Notes under the pieces: generated by a model
Database searches by the model: none
Told to the model about the DNA's origin: nothing
The model's input: only the letters and a program-made list of their open reading frames with translations
From: Podarcis vaucheri
Lineage: Eukaryota
DNA length: 64,000 nt
Direction: 5' to 3' (one strand)
NCBI GenBank assembly: GCA_965113315.1
Contig: OZ220363.1
Shown: one piece after another, positions 23,201 to 35,837 of the stretch
How positions within the stretch are numbered: position 1 is the first letter of the stretch
How the letters are laid out: each line of letters starts with the position of its first letter
Position numbers and translations under genes: made by a program

Positions 23201-26200
23201 AATTTGAAGATCCATCCTAAATACCCCATCTGCCTGATGTTGTTTTCTGATCCACCAGTTGGAAAATGCTGCTCTAAAGCAGTAGATGTCAATATAGTTT
23301 GATCTTGCATTGTGTTCTATTTATACACTGCCAAGTTTTAAAAATCAATTTCTCAAAAACATCTGCACAGGACTAATTATCATAAAATGTTGCATTGGTG
23401 AAAGTGACTACTATAATTCCACACCTGAGTTATTAATCTATTCAGGTTCTTTTCCCATTTCCCATTACAGAAATTCACATTGTCTGAAACTACCTCTTTG
23501 TCAAAGGAAGATTCTCCATTTCTTAATAGAACAGCTGTGGTTTGCAGAGTCAACAGATACTACCATTCAGGTCTTGCCACTCAGACTTCTTTGGGCAGGG
23601 GCATTTCTTCTTCCAACCTAATAGGGTTTCTTTTCATGATATATTGCACCATCATGCGTACCGGGGATTATTTTTGTTCTCATCAAAAAGGGGTGCAAGG
23701 CTGCAAAATATCTCATAGGAGCACCATTTTACTACATTGGTCACAAGATTGTGACACCATTCAATGTACTGCTAGGAGCATCTGCAATCTACTCCAGTGC
23801 ATACACTGGATGTGCGTACACACAGTTTGTGGCCATTGAATATATGGGAAGCTGTTTGGAAGTCCCTTGGTTAGGTACTCTATTTTTGGGCAACCGTGGG
23901 ATAAACTGTTGGACATTGGTCTTGTGATCTGGCTGTAGTTTTGTACGGTCGTTCCAGATGACCTCTGCATTGCTCTTCTTTTTTTTCTGTCTCTGGTGGG
24001 TGCCATGTTGTCCTGCAATGTCTTCTACCTTCGCATGCTTCACATGTGTTCATGTGATGGTATATCATCCTTGCATCCCCATGGCATTTACCTGGTGCTC
24101 CCCCTCTACCTTAAGCATGTCCTTGACTTCCCATGCTGCAGCTGTTTGCATATATTTTTTGGGCGGGTGGAGTAAGTTTTGTAGCTACATAATCGCTGTT
24201 TATGTGTTGAAGGAAGTAAAATGAGAAGAGGAAAATAGGCAGGATGAAGGGAAATCTCTTATTATGGTTAGGGTTTTAGGTGGGTAGAGTAGCATACTAG
24301 ACACATAGCTTAATTGACTCTTTCTGTTCCTGTGATATGCAGGCTGTCATTCCTTTTGTGTATATACAACATACTAGAGACTGCCACTCCTACTTTCTCT
24401 GTTCTGTGAAGCAAAACACTGAAAGATGTATCCATGACTTTTAATTACTTCCCTCTCATGAAGGCATTTGATTTGTTTGGATCATGGGTTGTAGTTGGTA
24501 TATTTAAAGCTTTTCTACCTTGCTTTTTAGTAAAAAAAAAAAAAGCTACTAGAGCAGCTTACCCTAGAGATCAATAAAAACAAGACTGTCCCTGCTGACT
24601 TTCTTAAAAACACAGAGAAAGGGAGAGAGAAAGTGATAAGGAAGGAAGAGGAAAACATGTAAAGTCTGGCACCAGTTTGTAAAGTTACAAAGCTATTATG
24701 AAGACCAACTGGGATAGCAAGGGTCCAGGGAGAAGAAGAGCCAAAAGGAGCTAGTTCCTTAGAGTTTATGGAATGGTCCTGCTTATCTCCCTCATTTGTA
24801 ACTTAATGGAATGGTTGCTGCTAAGTGACAATTGAGGGTAGAGGGAAGACCAAAGGGTTGCCTTCTAAATTAGATAAATCTTTATCACCCATGAATGAGT
24901 TTCATTTGCCATCCAGTATGTGTACTGAACAGACTTCATGCTTTTTGTTCTTTTGAATATGTAGAACTCACAGAATCCTGAGGCCATCTTCCTTATTTTA
25001 TTTTACTTTTTAAAAAACAAAACTCTATTCCCTTCTGAGCCTGGATTAAGTATAAAGTGGGTTGGTAGTGGTAATAAATGTGAGGTAAAGGTAATAAATG
25101 ATGGTGGCTGACTTTGCAGCATGGAAGGTGTATATTTTTAACATCTTCACTGTTATGATAGTGAAAGCCCCAAAGAGCCTTGTGGCACAATCTAGTCCCT
25201 CCTCATATGCAGAAATGTGTACCTTTGCACACATAGGAGATGGTCGTTGGTACACACATTTCTTCCTCATGGGTACAGGTTTGTGTGCGTGAAGAGATTG
25301 ATCCTGAGAGGGTGATTTATTTATTGTAGCATGAATGTTCCTAGAATAGAGCTAACATTGTCAAATGCAACCAGCTGCTGATGAGGAAACTTCTAGTGAG
25401 AAGTCCATGATCAACCAGAGCATTTAATGGCCATTCATTAATATGACCCGCTTCCTTCTACAATTTTGTTTTACTTATCAAATGCTTTTAGCTCTGCTCA
25501 GTGTAAGTAGACAGAGAGGCAAGACTGTGTTTATGTGTTGTTCTACTGATAAGTCATTATTACTGCTCTTAGCCATAAAGGTAAAGGTAAAGGTACCCCT
25601 GCCCGAACGGGCCAGTCTTGACAGACTGTGGGGTTTGTGCGCCCATCTCACATTTATTGGCCGGGGGCCAGCGCTGTCCGGGGACACTTCCGGGTCACGT
25701 GGCCAGTGTGACATCGCTGCTCTGGCGAGCCAGAGCCGCACACGGAACGCCGTTTACCTTCCCGCTGGTAAGCGGTACCTATTTATCTACTTGCCCCCGG
25801 GGGTGCTTTCGAACTGCTAGGTGGGCAGGCGCTGGGACCGAACAGCGGGAGCGCACCCCGCCGCGGGGATTCGAACCGCCGACCTTTCGATCGGCAAGCC
25901 CTAGGCGCTGAGGCTTTAGCCCACAGCGCCACCTGCGTCCAGCTCTTAGCCATAGATTATTGCAAAGGCTTTTACTGTTGTCATAAATTTCACATTAGTG
26001 GTAATTTCACTGTCATGAAATAACCAGAAAAAACCCATGATAAGGCATTTATTGGACTTTCATGTGACAAGAGCTATATATCACTCCCAGGCCTAGTTTG
26101 TAACACTGCTGAAGCAGACTTACTAGGTCATCTGCCTCATTTGGGACTGGGGAAGAAGTTAAAGATTATTTTACAAAGTATTTGTTCCAGGCTGATAGCA

Positions 26201-29200
26201 CAAAATCTTGTGCTTCTGCAGTTTGCTGGTGGCTTCTTCTCACAGCTGATTCGCTTTCTGATCCATAGTGTTTCAGGCCAATTCGTCATTGTGCAGTCCT
26301 TGATTTTGTTTGTGTTCTAGTTATTTCCTTATCTAAAAGGACAGCAGGTGGTATGGAACTGTGGATACACTGGGGGGAAATGATGGACAAGGCCAATACT
26401 TTGTAAAGCATCAGTGACCTTTTCTCTGAATGTTTGTGGGGGAAGTATTGTCTTTCCTCCCCTCTCCACCTTGGAATCACAAACCTCAGCAATGCTTACT
26501 AGAATAACCCTGTGGATACTCTGCTCCTCTGGGGGTATTTTAGGCTGTTTCCTGCTTGAGAATCATTTCAAATTGTCTGCTCGTGATCCAAGAGTATGTG
26601 CCCCTCATAATTTCTTTTCATCATGCCTTGCTCTATTCCACTTCTCACCCTTGGGTCCTCTCAAAATGCAGCCTTCTCTCCATACTGGTGAAGTTTCATG
26701 TTGCATTGTTAACTTTTTTGACAAAGCAGAACCTTTGAACTTTCCACTAGTATCACCTTGGAATAGTTGAGTACTCCACAAGCAGTGCTCCATTATTTGC
26801 CTATTGTGGTGTCTTCATGCTTTGTCTTTCAACCTGCTGTGATGTGTGGCATTTTTTGTCCTCAGGTGACGACAAGTATGGGCGGAAAGTAATCCTGTTC
26901 AGTGCCTGCCGGATGCCTCCCAGCTATCAGCTTGATCATGTGAAACTGCTGAGGTGAGTGCTGCTGGAGCGAACCACCTGCTTTGGTCAAGATTAGACCT
27001 GAGACTTTCCCCTGATCATTCAAATCTGTAATGATTTTGACAACATGAATTTGGGTACCATTTAACCCCCAACTAAGATATAAGTCAAAATTCCTTAAGC
27101 ACTTGGTTAGGAGTGCCCTTCATCAATCTGACCCCACCCTCTGGCTGTATATTCACTACCTCTGTGCCTGTGTTACCTATATTATTTTCCTTATGCTGTG
27201 GCTGCAGGAGGCAAAGAAGCAAATACATATTTTTTAAAAACTCTGGAGCTTAGGTATGTCCATCTCTCCTTAGCTATTTGAAGTATACATTGGACCAGTA
27301 TGTTGAGAGTGATTACACCTTAGTCTATTTGCACCATGGCCTGACCAGTGAGAACAAGCCATCCCTGAGCTGGCTGCGGGATGCCTACCGGGAATTTGAC
27401 CGCAAGTAAGTGTGTGTGGCTGTGGATTTTGCAAGGGTCAAATTGCTGTGCGGGAACTTTTTTGGGTGAAAGGGTTGGCTTGGCTTCTCATCTTTCTCTC
27501 ATTATTAGATACAAGAAGAACATCAAAGCATTGTATATTGTGCACCCAACGATGTTCATCAAGACACTGCTGATACTCTTCAAGCCCTTGATCAGGTAGG
27601 AAAGTGCAAAGGTACTTTGCTCTGTGGTGGAACTCGCTTTGGTATGAGGAGGAGTGGCTTCCTTAGGAGCCAAGTGGGGTTTTATCATCAGAATCCTGAG
27701 ACTTTTTTTGTTAAGTAGGTTGCTGGTAACTTGTGTACAGTGGTGCCCCGCAAGACGAATGCCTCGCAAGACAAAAAACTCGCTAGACGAAAGGTTTTTT
27801 CATTCACGATTTGCCTCGCAAGACGAATTCCCCTATGCGCTTGCTTCGCAAGACGAAAACGTCTTGCGACTTTGTTAAGCCGTTTAAACCGTGCTTCGCA
27901 AGAAGAAAAATTCGTTAGACGGCAAAAATTGCGGAACGAATTAATTTCGTCTTGCGGGGCACCACTGTATTTGTAAACACTTACTGTGATGACAGCATCT
28001 GATAACACCTTTCATTTAATTTTACATTTTTATCCATGTCCTCCTTCCATGAAGCTTGAGGGCAGCATGCATTGTTACCCCCAGTTTTATCCTCGTAACA
28101 ACTCTATGAGATAGATTAGATTGAGAGAGAGAGAGAGAGAGAGAGAGAAAGTGACCCACCTTGCAGGTTCAGATCCCCACTTTGCATCTCCGTGGCTTGT
28201 CACTACACAATATTGGCTCTAATTTCTATAAGCTATAATTTCTATAATGTGGGGCTCTTAGAGTGTTTGTTCATTGCAAGGATATGCATAGATGGCTCAT
28301 CTTGTATATTCCATATCATTTTTAGACAGCTGTTGCTCACTGATGTCAGCTATATCCTGTCATAGTTGCAAGATCCCCTCCATTTTCTGTCCAAAGCTTT
28401 CAGTGTGCACCCTGAATTGCATTATATAGTCCTATGAGGTCAGAGGAAAGTGGGTGTCATGTTCCTGCATACTCTTGATCTCTATCTGAGAGTGTGGAAA
28501 TTGTCCTGCAGATTAGTACTTCACTGGAGCTTGTTGCTTCCTCTTTTCTGTCTAACTGAAGAATTAGGTTTGATAAACTTTGTTTCTGACTTATGCTGAG
28601 TGACTGACCCTGACATGCAGGCCCCTGCTTGCATTGTTGTCCTTTAGTTGGCTAATAGCCCAGACTTGCTTCAGATATTTCCTGGCCTCTGCCAGAGAAT
28701 GAGGAGGAAATAACAAAGGACATAACTTGTATTGTCAGCAAAATCCCCAGGTTGAGGCACCAGAGAAGTACCTTTTAGCACATTGTCAGGCCTAGCTGGG
28801 GTATTTCAGTAATGGACAAATCCCTGCCTATGTGTTGGGGAACTGCAGAGTGGTGCAACTGGTACACAAGCATTGCCTCACAGTTCTCGGTGCCATTTTT
28901 ACCTCTTCATCTCATCTCTACAAGCCACCCACAGATGTACTAGTGCTGCTGCTCTGTACCCTAATTTCTTTCTTACTGGTTTGTCACCTGTCTTGCAGCT
29001 TTAAGTTTGGACGGAAGATTTTCTATGCAAACTACCTGAGTGACCTGGAGGAGCATGTGAAACTGGAGCAGCTGGGTATCCCAAGCCAGGTGCTAAAGTG
29101 AGAGCATGTTTAATTATTTGCTGGTGTTTAATTTTACTGTTTACTATTAGATTCTGATGGATTGTTTAATGTTGCTTTGTTTGACATAAGTTGTTTGTTT

Positions 29201-29275
29201 TAAAGTTATTGTGACTTTTTATATTTATATTGGATTAGATTGTTATTGTTTGATGTTTCATTATGCTTTTATACC

Positions 29276-29315
<40 letters not shown>

Positions 29316-32300
29316 ATTATTATTATCAACATCATCATCATTATCCACTTTGCCTACTAGCTTACCTTTTGTTTCTGTAGAGGAGGCTGTAACAGGGAGG
29401 AGAACAGGGTGAGCAGAGAGGGAGTGGGGTGGCGAAGGGACACTGGGAGTCTGACTTGTCGGCACATACAGTATGATGTTGTGAGCTGCTGAGATGGCTC
29501 TCTCCTCTGCATGGCTTGCTCTTTATTGTCATGTGACCCTCAGAAGGTTTCCCAAGAGGGAGTGTGGCTTCGGGCTAAAAAAGGATCCTCGCAACTGATG
29601 TAGCAGAAGTAGCTTGTAAGTACTTCTTACAAGAAGTAGCTTGTAACTAGCGTAGTGCCAGGGCCTCTGGGCTTGTGTTTACAGGATAATGGGACACTGG
29701 ACACCAGCTTAGCACTTTTTGGTGTAGTTTAGAATGATTCCATACATACATGTTTGTGTCTGTCTCTCACTGTAGGTATGATGAATATCTGAGATCCCTG
29801 CAGAAGCCCTCCCAAGTGCCTCAGAAAGTAACCCCACCACGCCCACCTCTGCCAAACCAGCAGTTTGGAGTTTCTCTCCAGCAGTGAGTATCCTCATCTT
29901 TTTTCTTTTCTTGGTGGACCAGTGATACCTATAATCTATCTGTGGGTAGTTCTGGAAATGCTTTCCAATCATCTTGAATCGGCACCTGTGGTTAGCTTGA
30001 CTTTTGCCAGCCTTGAGTTTTCTAGATCAGGGCCAGTGATACACTGGATATTATGTCTGATTCAAAGATGTTTCTTTGGGGGAAGTGACAGGAAGAGTCT
30101 AAGCTTCTCCTTTCTCAACAGCTTACGGGAGAAGAGCTTGGATCAGAATCCCATTCCACTTGTGGTAAGGGAGACCATTGCCTATCTGCAGCAGCATGGT
30201 GAGTGAGCTAGGAAGACCCCTCTTCTGACTTGTCTTGTTGCTACATCCACTGTCCTTTGTCTCCCAACAGCACCCTTCTGTTGCATCAGCCTAGCCTTTT
30301 TAAGATGCCTTAGCACAGACTCATTCTTTTTCCACTGCCCATCTTACTATCTTTCTTGTCATTTGATTCTGGTCTTCAGAAAGACACAGCAAAATTGAAC
30401 ACTAGGGAGCTGAGGGATTCTACTAACCTAATTCCCCAAGTGCCTTCTGCATAGCTGTTCCCATGCAAGTGTCCCTGTGCATGTGGCTTTCAGGATGTCC
30501 TTGTCCTGTGATATTGGAAAGACTTGCTGTTATGTGTGGTAGGTCTTCCCTGAGACTGTGCTCTTCTGTTTCTCTTTGTCCCCAGCTCTTAACACAGAGG
30601 GGATTTTCCGACGATCAGCAAACACCCAGACAGTCAGAGAAGTTCAGCAGAAATATAATATGGGTAAGTGCCTGCATTAGGTTCCAGAAGTCTGCTTAAG
30701 CTACTCCACTGCCCCTTACCACCATTCTTTTTGTCTAGGCCCCAAATCTGCCCTTAGCACTTTGGACTTGTGCCCTCCCACAACATGCTTTAACTTCTGA
30801 ATAGATCTCTGTTTGAAACTTGGCTGGAATCCAAGGAGTTTATTCCTTTTGACATAAACCTATTCCAGTCTAAATCTATACCCCCTGGATAAAGGAGGTG
30901 CTTAACCTTCCACAGCAATTATGTTTGATCAATGTATAATGTGTTTCCTCTGTTTCATCCTCTGGGGTGTGTGTGTCTCCATTTCCCTAATATTTGCTGG
31001 AATCCTGTTGCTGGTATTTTTGAAGCAATTCTTCCAATGCTCCTAATGATTGCTGCTTTGGAGGAGGATTGAGTACCACTGATCCTTTTTTTTTTTTGAC
31101 AGTGTGTTTACCTGCTCCTGCCATGCTTCTGCCTCTAGTTCCCGGTCTTTGGATAAGTTCCTTATTCTGCCAGGTGGAGGGGGCTCAGCCCTGGTGCTCT
31201 AGTTATGGCTTTGAACCTATCCACTTTCTTACCAGGGCTGCCTGTGGACTTTGTGCAATATGAGGACGTGCACCTGCCAGCTGTGATTCTCAAGACCTTC
31301 TTGCGGGAGCTGCCTGAGCCTCTCCTCACCTATGGTCTCTACAATGACGTCGTCAATTTCTACAGTGAGTTGCTACCAAGAGTGTCCTGATCCCAAAGCA
31401 GAAAACTCCTCTAAATATGCTCTACCCAGAATTGTGCTGTACTCTCACAGCAGATTGGCTGTATTATGCTTTCCCAGGGCAGCATAGTAAAAGTCCTAAT
31501 TCTAGTACAGTCATACCTTGGAAGTTGAACGGAATCCATTCCAGAAGTCTGTTCAACTTCCAAGCTCCTGCAGCCAATTGGAAGCTGCGGAAGCCCCATC
31601 GGACGTTCGGGTTCCAAAGAACATTCACAAACCGGAACACTCGCTTCCGGGTTTGCGGCGTTCAGGAGTCAAAACGTTTGACTTGCAAGGCGTTTGGGAT
31701 CCAAGGTATGACTTTTTGAGGGCTTTTCATCTGCAATCCACCTCTCCACATGAAAGCTAGGACTTTGCTTGCTGGTATAAATGCCCCACTTGCTTTCCTT
31801 TCCAGGTGTAGAGGAAGAAAAGCGTGTAGATATTGTTCGCAAAACCCTCCAGAGTCTCCCGGAAGAAAATTACCAAGTTCTGTGTTCACTGATGTCCTTC
31901 CTTGTGCAGGTGAGCTGTCCCAAAGCATTTCTTTGCACAGCATGTATGCAGTATCTGAAATTTGCTGCCACAATATACGATGATAGGAATGGGCTTAAAT
32001 GGCTTTCAGGGTGAATTAGGCTTTTCTCTCTTGTGAATTTGCGAACTATAGTAACTAAATGGTGTGTGTGTGTGTTCAGAAGCAGAGTACATCTGGATAC
32101 TTGATGCTGGGGACAGCCAATGGGGTGGGGTTGTTGCTGTTACATCCTGCAAAAGGCTATGATTTACAACATCTGTTTTGCCATTTAAGTAATCTGTTAA
32201 TGCTTCTCTCTGAAAGCTTGAAGCCTAAATGATTAAAGGAGGAGTTGATGCAAAAGTAGGTTTTATTTCCATTAATCAATAGAAGAAAAGAGTTTCAGGC

Positions 32301-32691
32301 TAAAATTTCCAGCCAGTGAAGGAGCAAGAATTATTGCAGCCACATTTTAGTGTCTCGTCTGCAAGTTATCTCTTCATGCATGCTTTCCATTGGCTGTTCC
32401 TTTGTTTATAAGCTAGAGGCTTCTAGAGGCAGATGGTGAGGAACTAGGGAAGACAGAGTCAAAATATATTTGTCTCTAAATTGAAGTATTTTCTTCCTCC
32501 CTCCTATGTAGGTCTCTGCTAACAGCGACATCAACAAGATGACCAACACTAACCTGGCCGTCGTTTTTGGCCCAAACCTGCTGTGGGCCAAAGATGCAGC
32601 CATTACCCTCAAAGCCATTAATCCTATCAATACGTTCAGCAAATTCCTACTGGACAACCAGAGGGAGCTTTTCCAGAGCTTGGAGGCTTGA
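12970..32691 (+). CDS. ARHGAP1: Rho GTPase-activating protein 1 (p50RhoGAP/Cdc42GAP), 435 aa; join(12970..13102,13877..13969,26866..26953,27274..27405,27509..27595,28999..29097,29776..29883,30122..30198,30586..30663,31236..31364,31806..31909,32512..32691)
   Basis: 12 GT-AG exons sum to 1308 nt with an open frame; in-frame TAA just upstream of the ATG. Contains the BCH/Sec14 domain ([25 protein letters not shown]...[14 protein letters not shown]), Pro-rich PPRPPLP, and a RhoGAP domain with arginine finger [22 protein letters not shown] and [17 protein letters not shown]. Confidence 0.97.
13877..13969 (+). CDS. ARHGAP1: ARHGAP1 coding exon 2
   Basis: [31 protein letters not shown]. Confidence 0.95.
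15622..16790 (-). mobile_element. 5'-truncated L1-clade LINE (ORF2 C-terminus, 3'UTR, A-rich tail)
   Basis: Successive frameshifted ORFs 16521..16802, 16152..16502 and 15902..16171 with a Cys/His motif CWR...YHMWWEC and [10 protein letters not shown]; T-run at the left end. Confidence 0.82.
17699..17956 (+). mobile_element. Tigger/pogo-like MITE (CCGTATTTTT.GCTCTATAAGAC TIR)
   Basis: TA TSD; TIRs CCGTATTTTTTGCTCTATAAGAC / GTCTTATAGAGCAAAAAATACGG. Confidence 0.85.
20255..20294. repeat. (GT)n microsatellite
   Basis: About 20 GT units with one interruption. Confidence 0.95.
21245..21357. mobile_element. hAT-type MITE, same family as 9008
   Basis: Shared AAGAGGTGCCAGAACTCA core; perfect 8-bp TSD GTTCTCCA at 21237-21244 and 21358-21365. 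Confidence 0.7.
22115..22344 (+). mobile_element. Tc1/mariner-type MITE, 230 bp
   Basis: TA|CAGTGGTGCCCCGCAAGACGAA...TTCGTCTTGCGGGGCACCACTG|TA perfect TIRs. Confidence 0.9.
25578..25941 (-). mobile_element. Sauria (Squam1/POM-type) tRNA-derived SINE, full length
   Basis: A/B boxes, (ACCTTT)n tail, 13-bp TSD GCTCTTAGCCATA at 25565-25577 and 25942-25954. Confidence 0.9.
26866..26953 (+). CDS. ARHGAP1: ARHGAP1 coding exon 3
   Basis: [29 protein letters not shown]. Confidence 0.96.
27274..27405 (+). CDS. ARHGAP1: ARHGAP1 coding exon 4
   Basis: [43 protein letters not shown]. Confidence 0.96.
27509..27595 (+). CDS. ARHGAP1: ARHGAP1 coding exon 5
   Basis: [28 protein letters not shown]. Confidence 0.96.
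27738..27967 (+). mobile_element. Tc1/mariner-type MITE, 230 bp
   Basis: Same TIRs and TA TSD; about 6 substitutions versus the 22115 copy. Confidence 0.9.
28123..28148. repeat. (GA)13 microsatellite
   Basis: Seen directly. Confidence 0.95.
28999..29097 (+). CDS. ARHGAP1: ARHGAP1 coding exon 6
   Basis: [32 protein letters not shown]. Confidence 0.96.
29276..29342. repeat. Compound (TTG)n(TTA)n(TCA)n microsatellite
   Basis: Seen directly; explains the poly-N ORF 29235..29465. Confidence 0.95.
29776..29883 (+). CDS. ARHGAP1: ARHGAP1 coding exon 7
   Basis: [35 protein letters not shown]. Confidence 0.96.
30122..30198 (+). CDS. ARHGAP1: ARHGAP1 coding exon 8
   Basis: [25 protein letters not shown]. 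Confidence 0.95.
30586..30663 (+). CDS. ARHGAP1: ARHGAP1 coding exon 9 (arginine finger)
   Basis: [25 protein letters not shown]. Confidence 0.96.
31236..31364 (+). CDS. ARHGAP1: ARHGAP1 coding exon 10
   Basis: [42 protein letters not shown]. Confidence 0.96.
31508..31713. mobile_element. Tc1/mariner-type MITE (CAGTCATACCTTGG TIR)
   Basis: TA|CAGTCATACCTTGGA...TCCAAGGTATGACT; right terminal base and TA lost. Confidence 0.75.
31806..31909 (+). CDS. ARHGAP1: ARHGAP1 coding exon 11
   Basis: [34 protein letters not shown]. Confidence 0.96.
32512..32691 (+). CDS. ARHGAP1: ARHGAP1 last coding exon
   Basis: [59 protein letters not shown]; TGA at 32689-32691. Confidence 0.96.
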   Translation, partial: VSANSDINKMTNTNLAVVFGPNLLWAKDAAITLKAINPINTFSKFLLDNQRELFQSLEA

Positions 32692-32858
32692 TTGAGAGCC
32701 TCTTTGTGCTGACACACCATGTGTCCACTGTGACCACTTCCTTCCTTCTTCCCTCCCCCTCCCCTTTTCCTTTCTACTTTATCTTGGAACCGTGGCCAAG
32801 CTTAGAAAAGCATAAGGTGATGAGTGGAGTGAAAGAGGAGTAGGAGATGGTATTGAGA

Positions 32859-32888
32859 GTGTGTGTGTGTGTGCACATGTGCATGAAA

Positions 32889-32930
<42 letters not shown>
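32859..32930. repeat. (GT)n and (GA)19 microsatellites in the ARHGAP1 3'UTR
   Basis: Seen directly. Confidence 0.95.
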
Positions 32931-32933
<3 letters not shown>

Positions 32934-35837
32934 AGTGGTCAAGTGGGCTGGGAAGCTGGCCTCCCCATCTCTAGAAGTGGAGTGTCCAGATTACTCTTAA
33001 TTCCTTCAGTTCCCTTCAAGTAGCTCTTCTTGTACCCCAGCAGAATCCCTACCTCTTGGTGCCTGTGTGATCTGGACTAATACGTGTTGCTGCAGTGGCC
33101 CTTTGGCTGAGAGGAATCTATTTCTACTTCTCTTCTTTGGCTCACATTAGTGCACCCAAGTCAGTTCTGAGCATTCCCATTTTGGAAGGCTACGGCTGCT
33201 ACTGAACACAACCAGCTTGCTACCCTTGATGGAAAAGCTGATCCCCTAAGCCCTATGGAAAACATGGGGTATAAAAGAAGATTGCTTTGTCCTGGAAGTG
33301 CCCATGTTTCTGAATAGAGAGCTATTTGTACATTTCAAGGAACTCTAGCACTTGAGGTAGGTGCTGTTACAATTTCCCTGCCATGATTTAAAGTTTAGTG
33401 CCCTCAGATATTGTGGAGCCCACTCTATCTTTCTGTAATGCCCTTCTGAAGAGAGTGTCTCTGCGAAACTGGCCTTGCCATTAAGGTTTTCCATTTGGGG
33501 GGGGGGGGTAGTGATTTTGTGTGTGTTTTGCTCTCCCCCCTGCCAGACGGTAGGAGTCATGCAGGGGGTGTCTGCTGTGGTGGTATTAGCTCTTCAAAAT
33601 GCCAAAGGCCAGATTAAAACACTGCCCATTCCTGTAACTGAAGCACAGACATCTGTGCCTCTGGTTGCTGCTGCCTTACCATTGTGATGAGAGCATACTC
33701 AAGCAAATGACAGATCACTGAGGCCAAACTCAAGAACCTTATGCAGAAACCTCCTTGCCCCAATCTACTGGGCAATCATGTGCCAAAATTAGGGGAAGGT
33801 GAGTTTTCTCATTGAAGGACCACTGCCATTGTGTCCTTGTTGAGCTGAAATATAGTTGTTTTACAAATACCAGAATGGCTCTGATGGACCCTTGGTTTCC
33901 TTGGCACATGGAGATAGGAAGCATTGCTGCTCTTTTCTCTGACCTGAGAAAGGTTATACAGCCCATGCAGTATGGTTATTCCATAGATTCTTGCCTATGT
34001 GAGTCGTTCCCCCTTTCATATCAGAAAGCTGAGTTATTCTAAACTCTAAACTAGGCTAAGCCATTGGCCCAAGCACAATAAGTTTTAAGCCAAATGTATT
34101 CTCTCAAAAATAGCAGTTTTCTGCTGGGCCTATAGAAGCTTCTGCTTTTTAATAGTGTTGTAAAAGTGCATTTTCACAATGTATTACTGCCAACTGTCGT
34201 AAGGCTATTTTGTCCACACCCAACCCATTAGTTGGCCCTGTAAAATGGCAAGCTTGGAGTTCACAGGATTAGAGATGTTGGGGGTACTTTTCTCCGCCTT
34301 CCCAGAACCTGTGGCTTCCTGTCACAAGACAGTTAGAGGGAAGCTGGCAAGGTGAGTTTTGTAAATGCACAATAGGCTACTGTTTAAAATTGAATAAAAG
34401 AAGGACTGTGCTATGGTTTAAAATCGACAAAGTGAGCACTAAAATCTGCATGTGAATTATCAGTGCCCGTAGCCCAGCCAGCTCCTGTGAACTGGATTCC
34501 ACATCTGTCACAGATGGCTGGAAATGGTGAACTGAAGTGCTTGACACTATTATGAGGAGCTGACGAATGTGTTGGTCAGAGTTCATCATCCTACGTAAGT
34601 TACAGGATCAGTCAGCATATAGGAAGTGTTCAGTCTGATAACATATAAACTTAGTTAGAATTTTGGAACAACACAGCAGTTGGGAACATTGATTTTTCTG
34701 TTTAGCTGAGACATGGAGAGGCTTTCACCAAGAACACTAACAAGTGAACGGCTATGGGAGGAGCAAGAGCCTTTTGCCTTCTAGTATCTCTTGTATAGAA
34801 TAGTTTAGCATGGTTAACTTGCTCACTCCTGTTCAAAGTTCCCAGGTTGGAAGGAGAAGCAGCTGGTTTCCATGGGAATCACTGCCTCGGAAATGGAAGG
34901 CCCAGGCACTTTAGGACACAAGGCTGCAGGTTCAGCCACTGCACTGTAACATTAATTCCTCATCTTCTTTTAGGATTAGGAGCAAGATCAGGCAGAAGGG
35001 AGAAAGTGCTGTCATAGCTGCCCAGTAACACTTTTATGAAGTCCACAGATTCCCAATTTGTGTGCATGTGTGATTTTCCCCACCCCAAACACATTGCAAA
35101 TCTTTGTATTGCTAGCTACTGCACACAGTTAAAAGTGCACTCACAAAGCCCTGCAAGTAAGCCAGTGTAAAATAGCTCTGTTGCTTTCCCTACTTTGTGG
35201 GAGCTTCCAGGACACCTGGAGTACATACATGGCAGCAATGTCTGCTTTGCCTCATTGCCCTCTCCCCTCACCATTTTTTTTCCATTTTCAAATCTCTTAC
35301 CATTGTGGGCGATTGGTGGAGCTGCATGCTAGGCCTGACTGCACCCTACGAATTAAGTTTGCATCTTTGGCCAGTTAACTCCGAACTTCCTTCCCCTTCC
35401 CTTTTTTTGATTGCTGCCATGTGTGCTGTCTGAATTAGGATGGTAGGCATCCAAGCAAGTGGTTGGAATTACAGAAGACCAGCATCTCAAAGGGCCAAAT
35501 ATGTCCTTCCATGCTCCTCTTGTAATAGAGGCCAAGAGCTGGTTAGATCGCCATGGCTGCACATTGTTTTCTGTCCTCCTGCAAACTTCCAGTGCTACAC
35601 CTGCTTGGCTGCCCCCTTGTCATGTAGCTTCCATGTTAGATATTGGCCACGGTGCTTCTGTTGGGTGGAGCGCTCCATCTCTATTGTATCCTTTGCTTGC
35701 CTAATAAAGCCCATCAGTGTCTTGGTACCCCCTGAATACACTCTGTGCTCTCACCTCTAGCAGTCAGTCGTGTATCTGTAGTGAGAACAGCTTATGGGTG
35801 GTGCTGCTTATGCTGAAGCTAATTGGATGCCTTGTGG

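Noticed and set aside
23640-24140. Cluster of overlapping 60-120 aa ORFs
   Set aside because: No coherent protein or splice structure; possibly an old LINE remnant, but I cannot support a specific call.
25443-25911. Recurrent near-identical ORFs at 25.4-25.9 kb, 45.1-45.5 kb and 62.2-62.6 kb as a novel gene family
   Set aside because: They are chance readings through GC-rich Sauria SINE copies.
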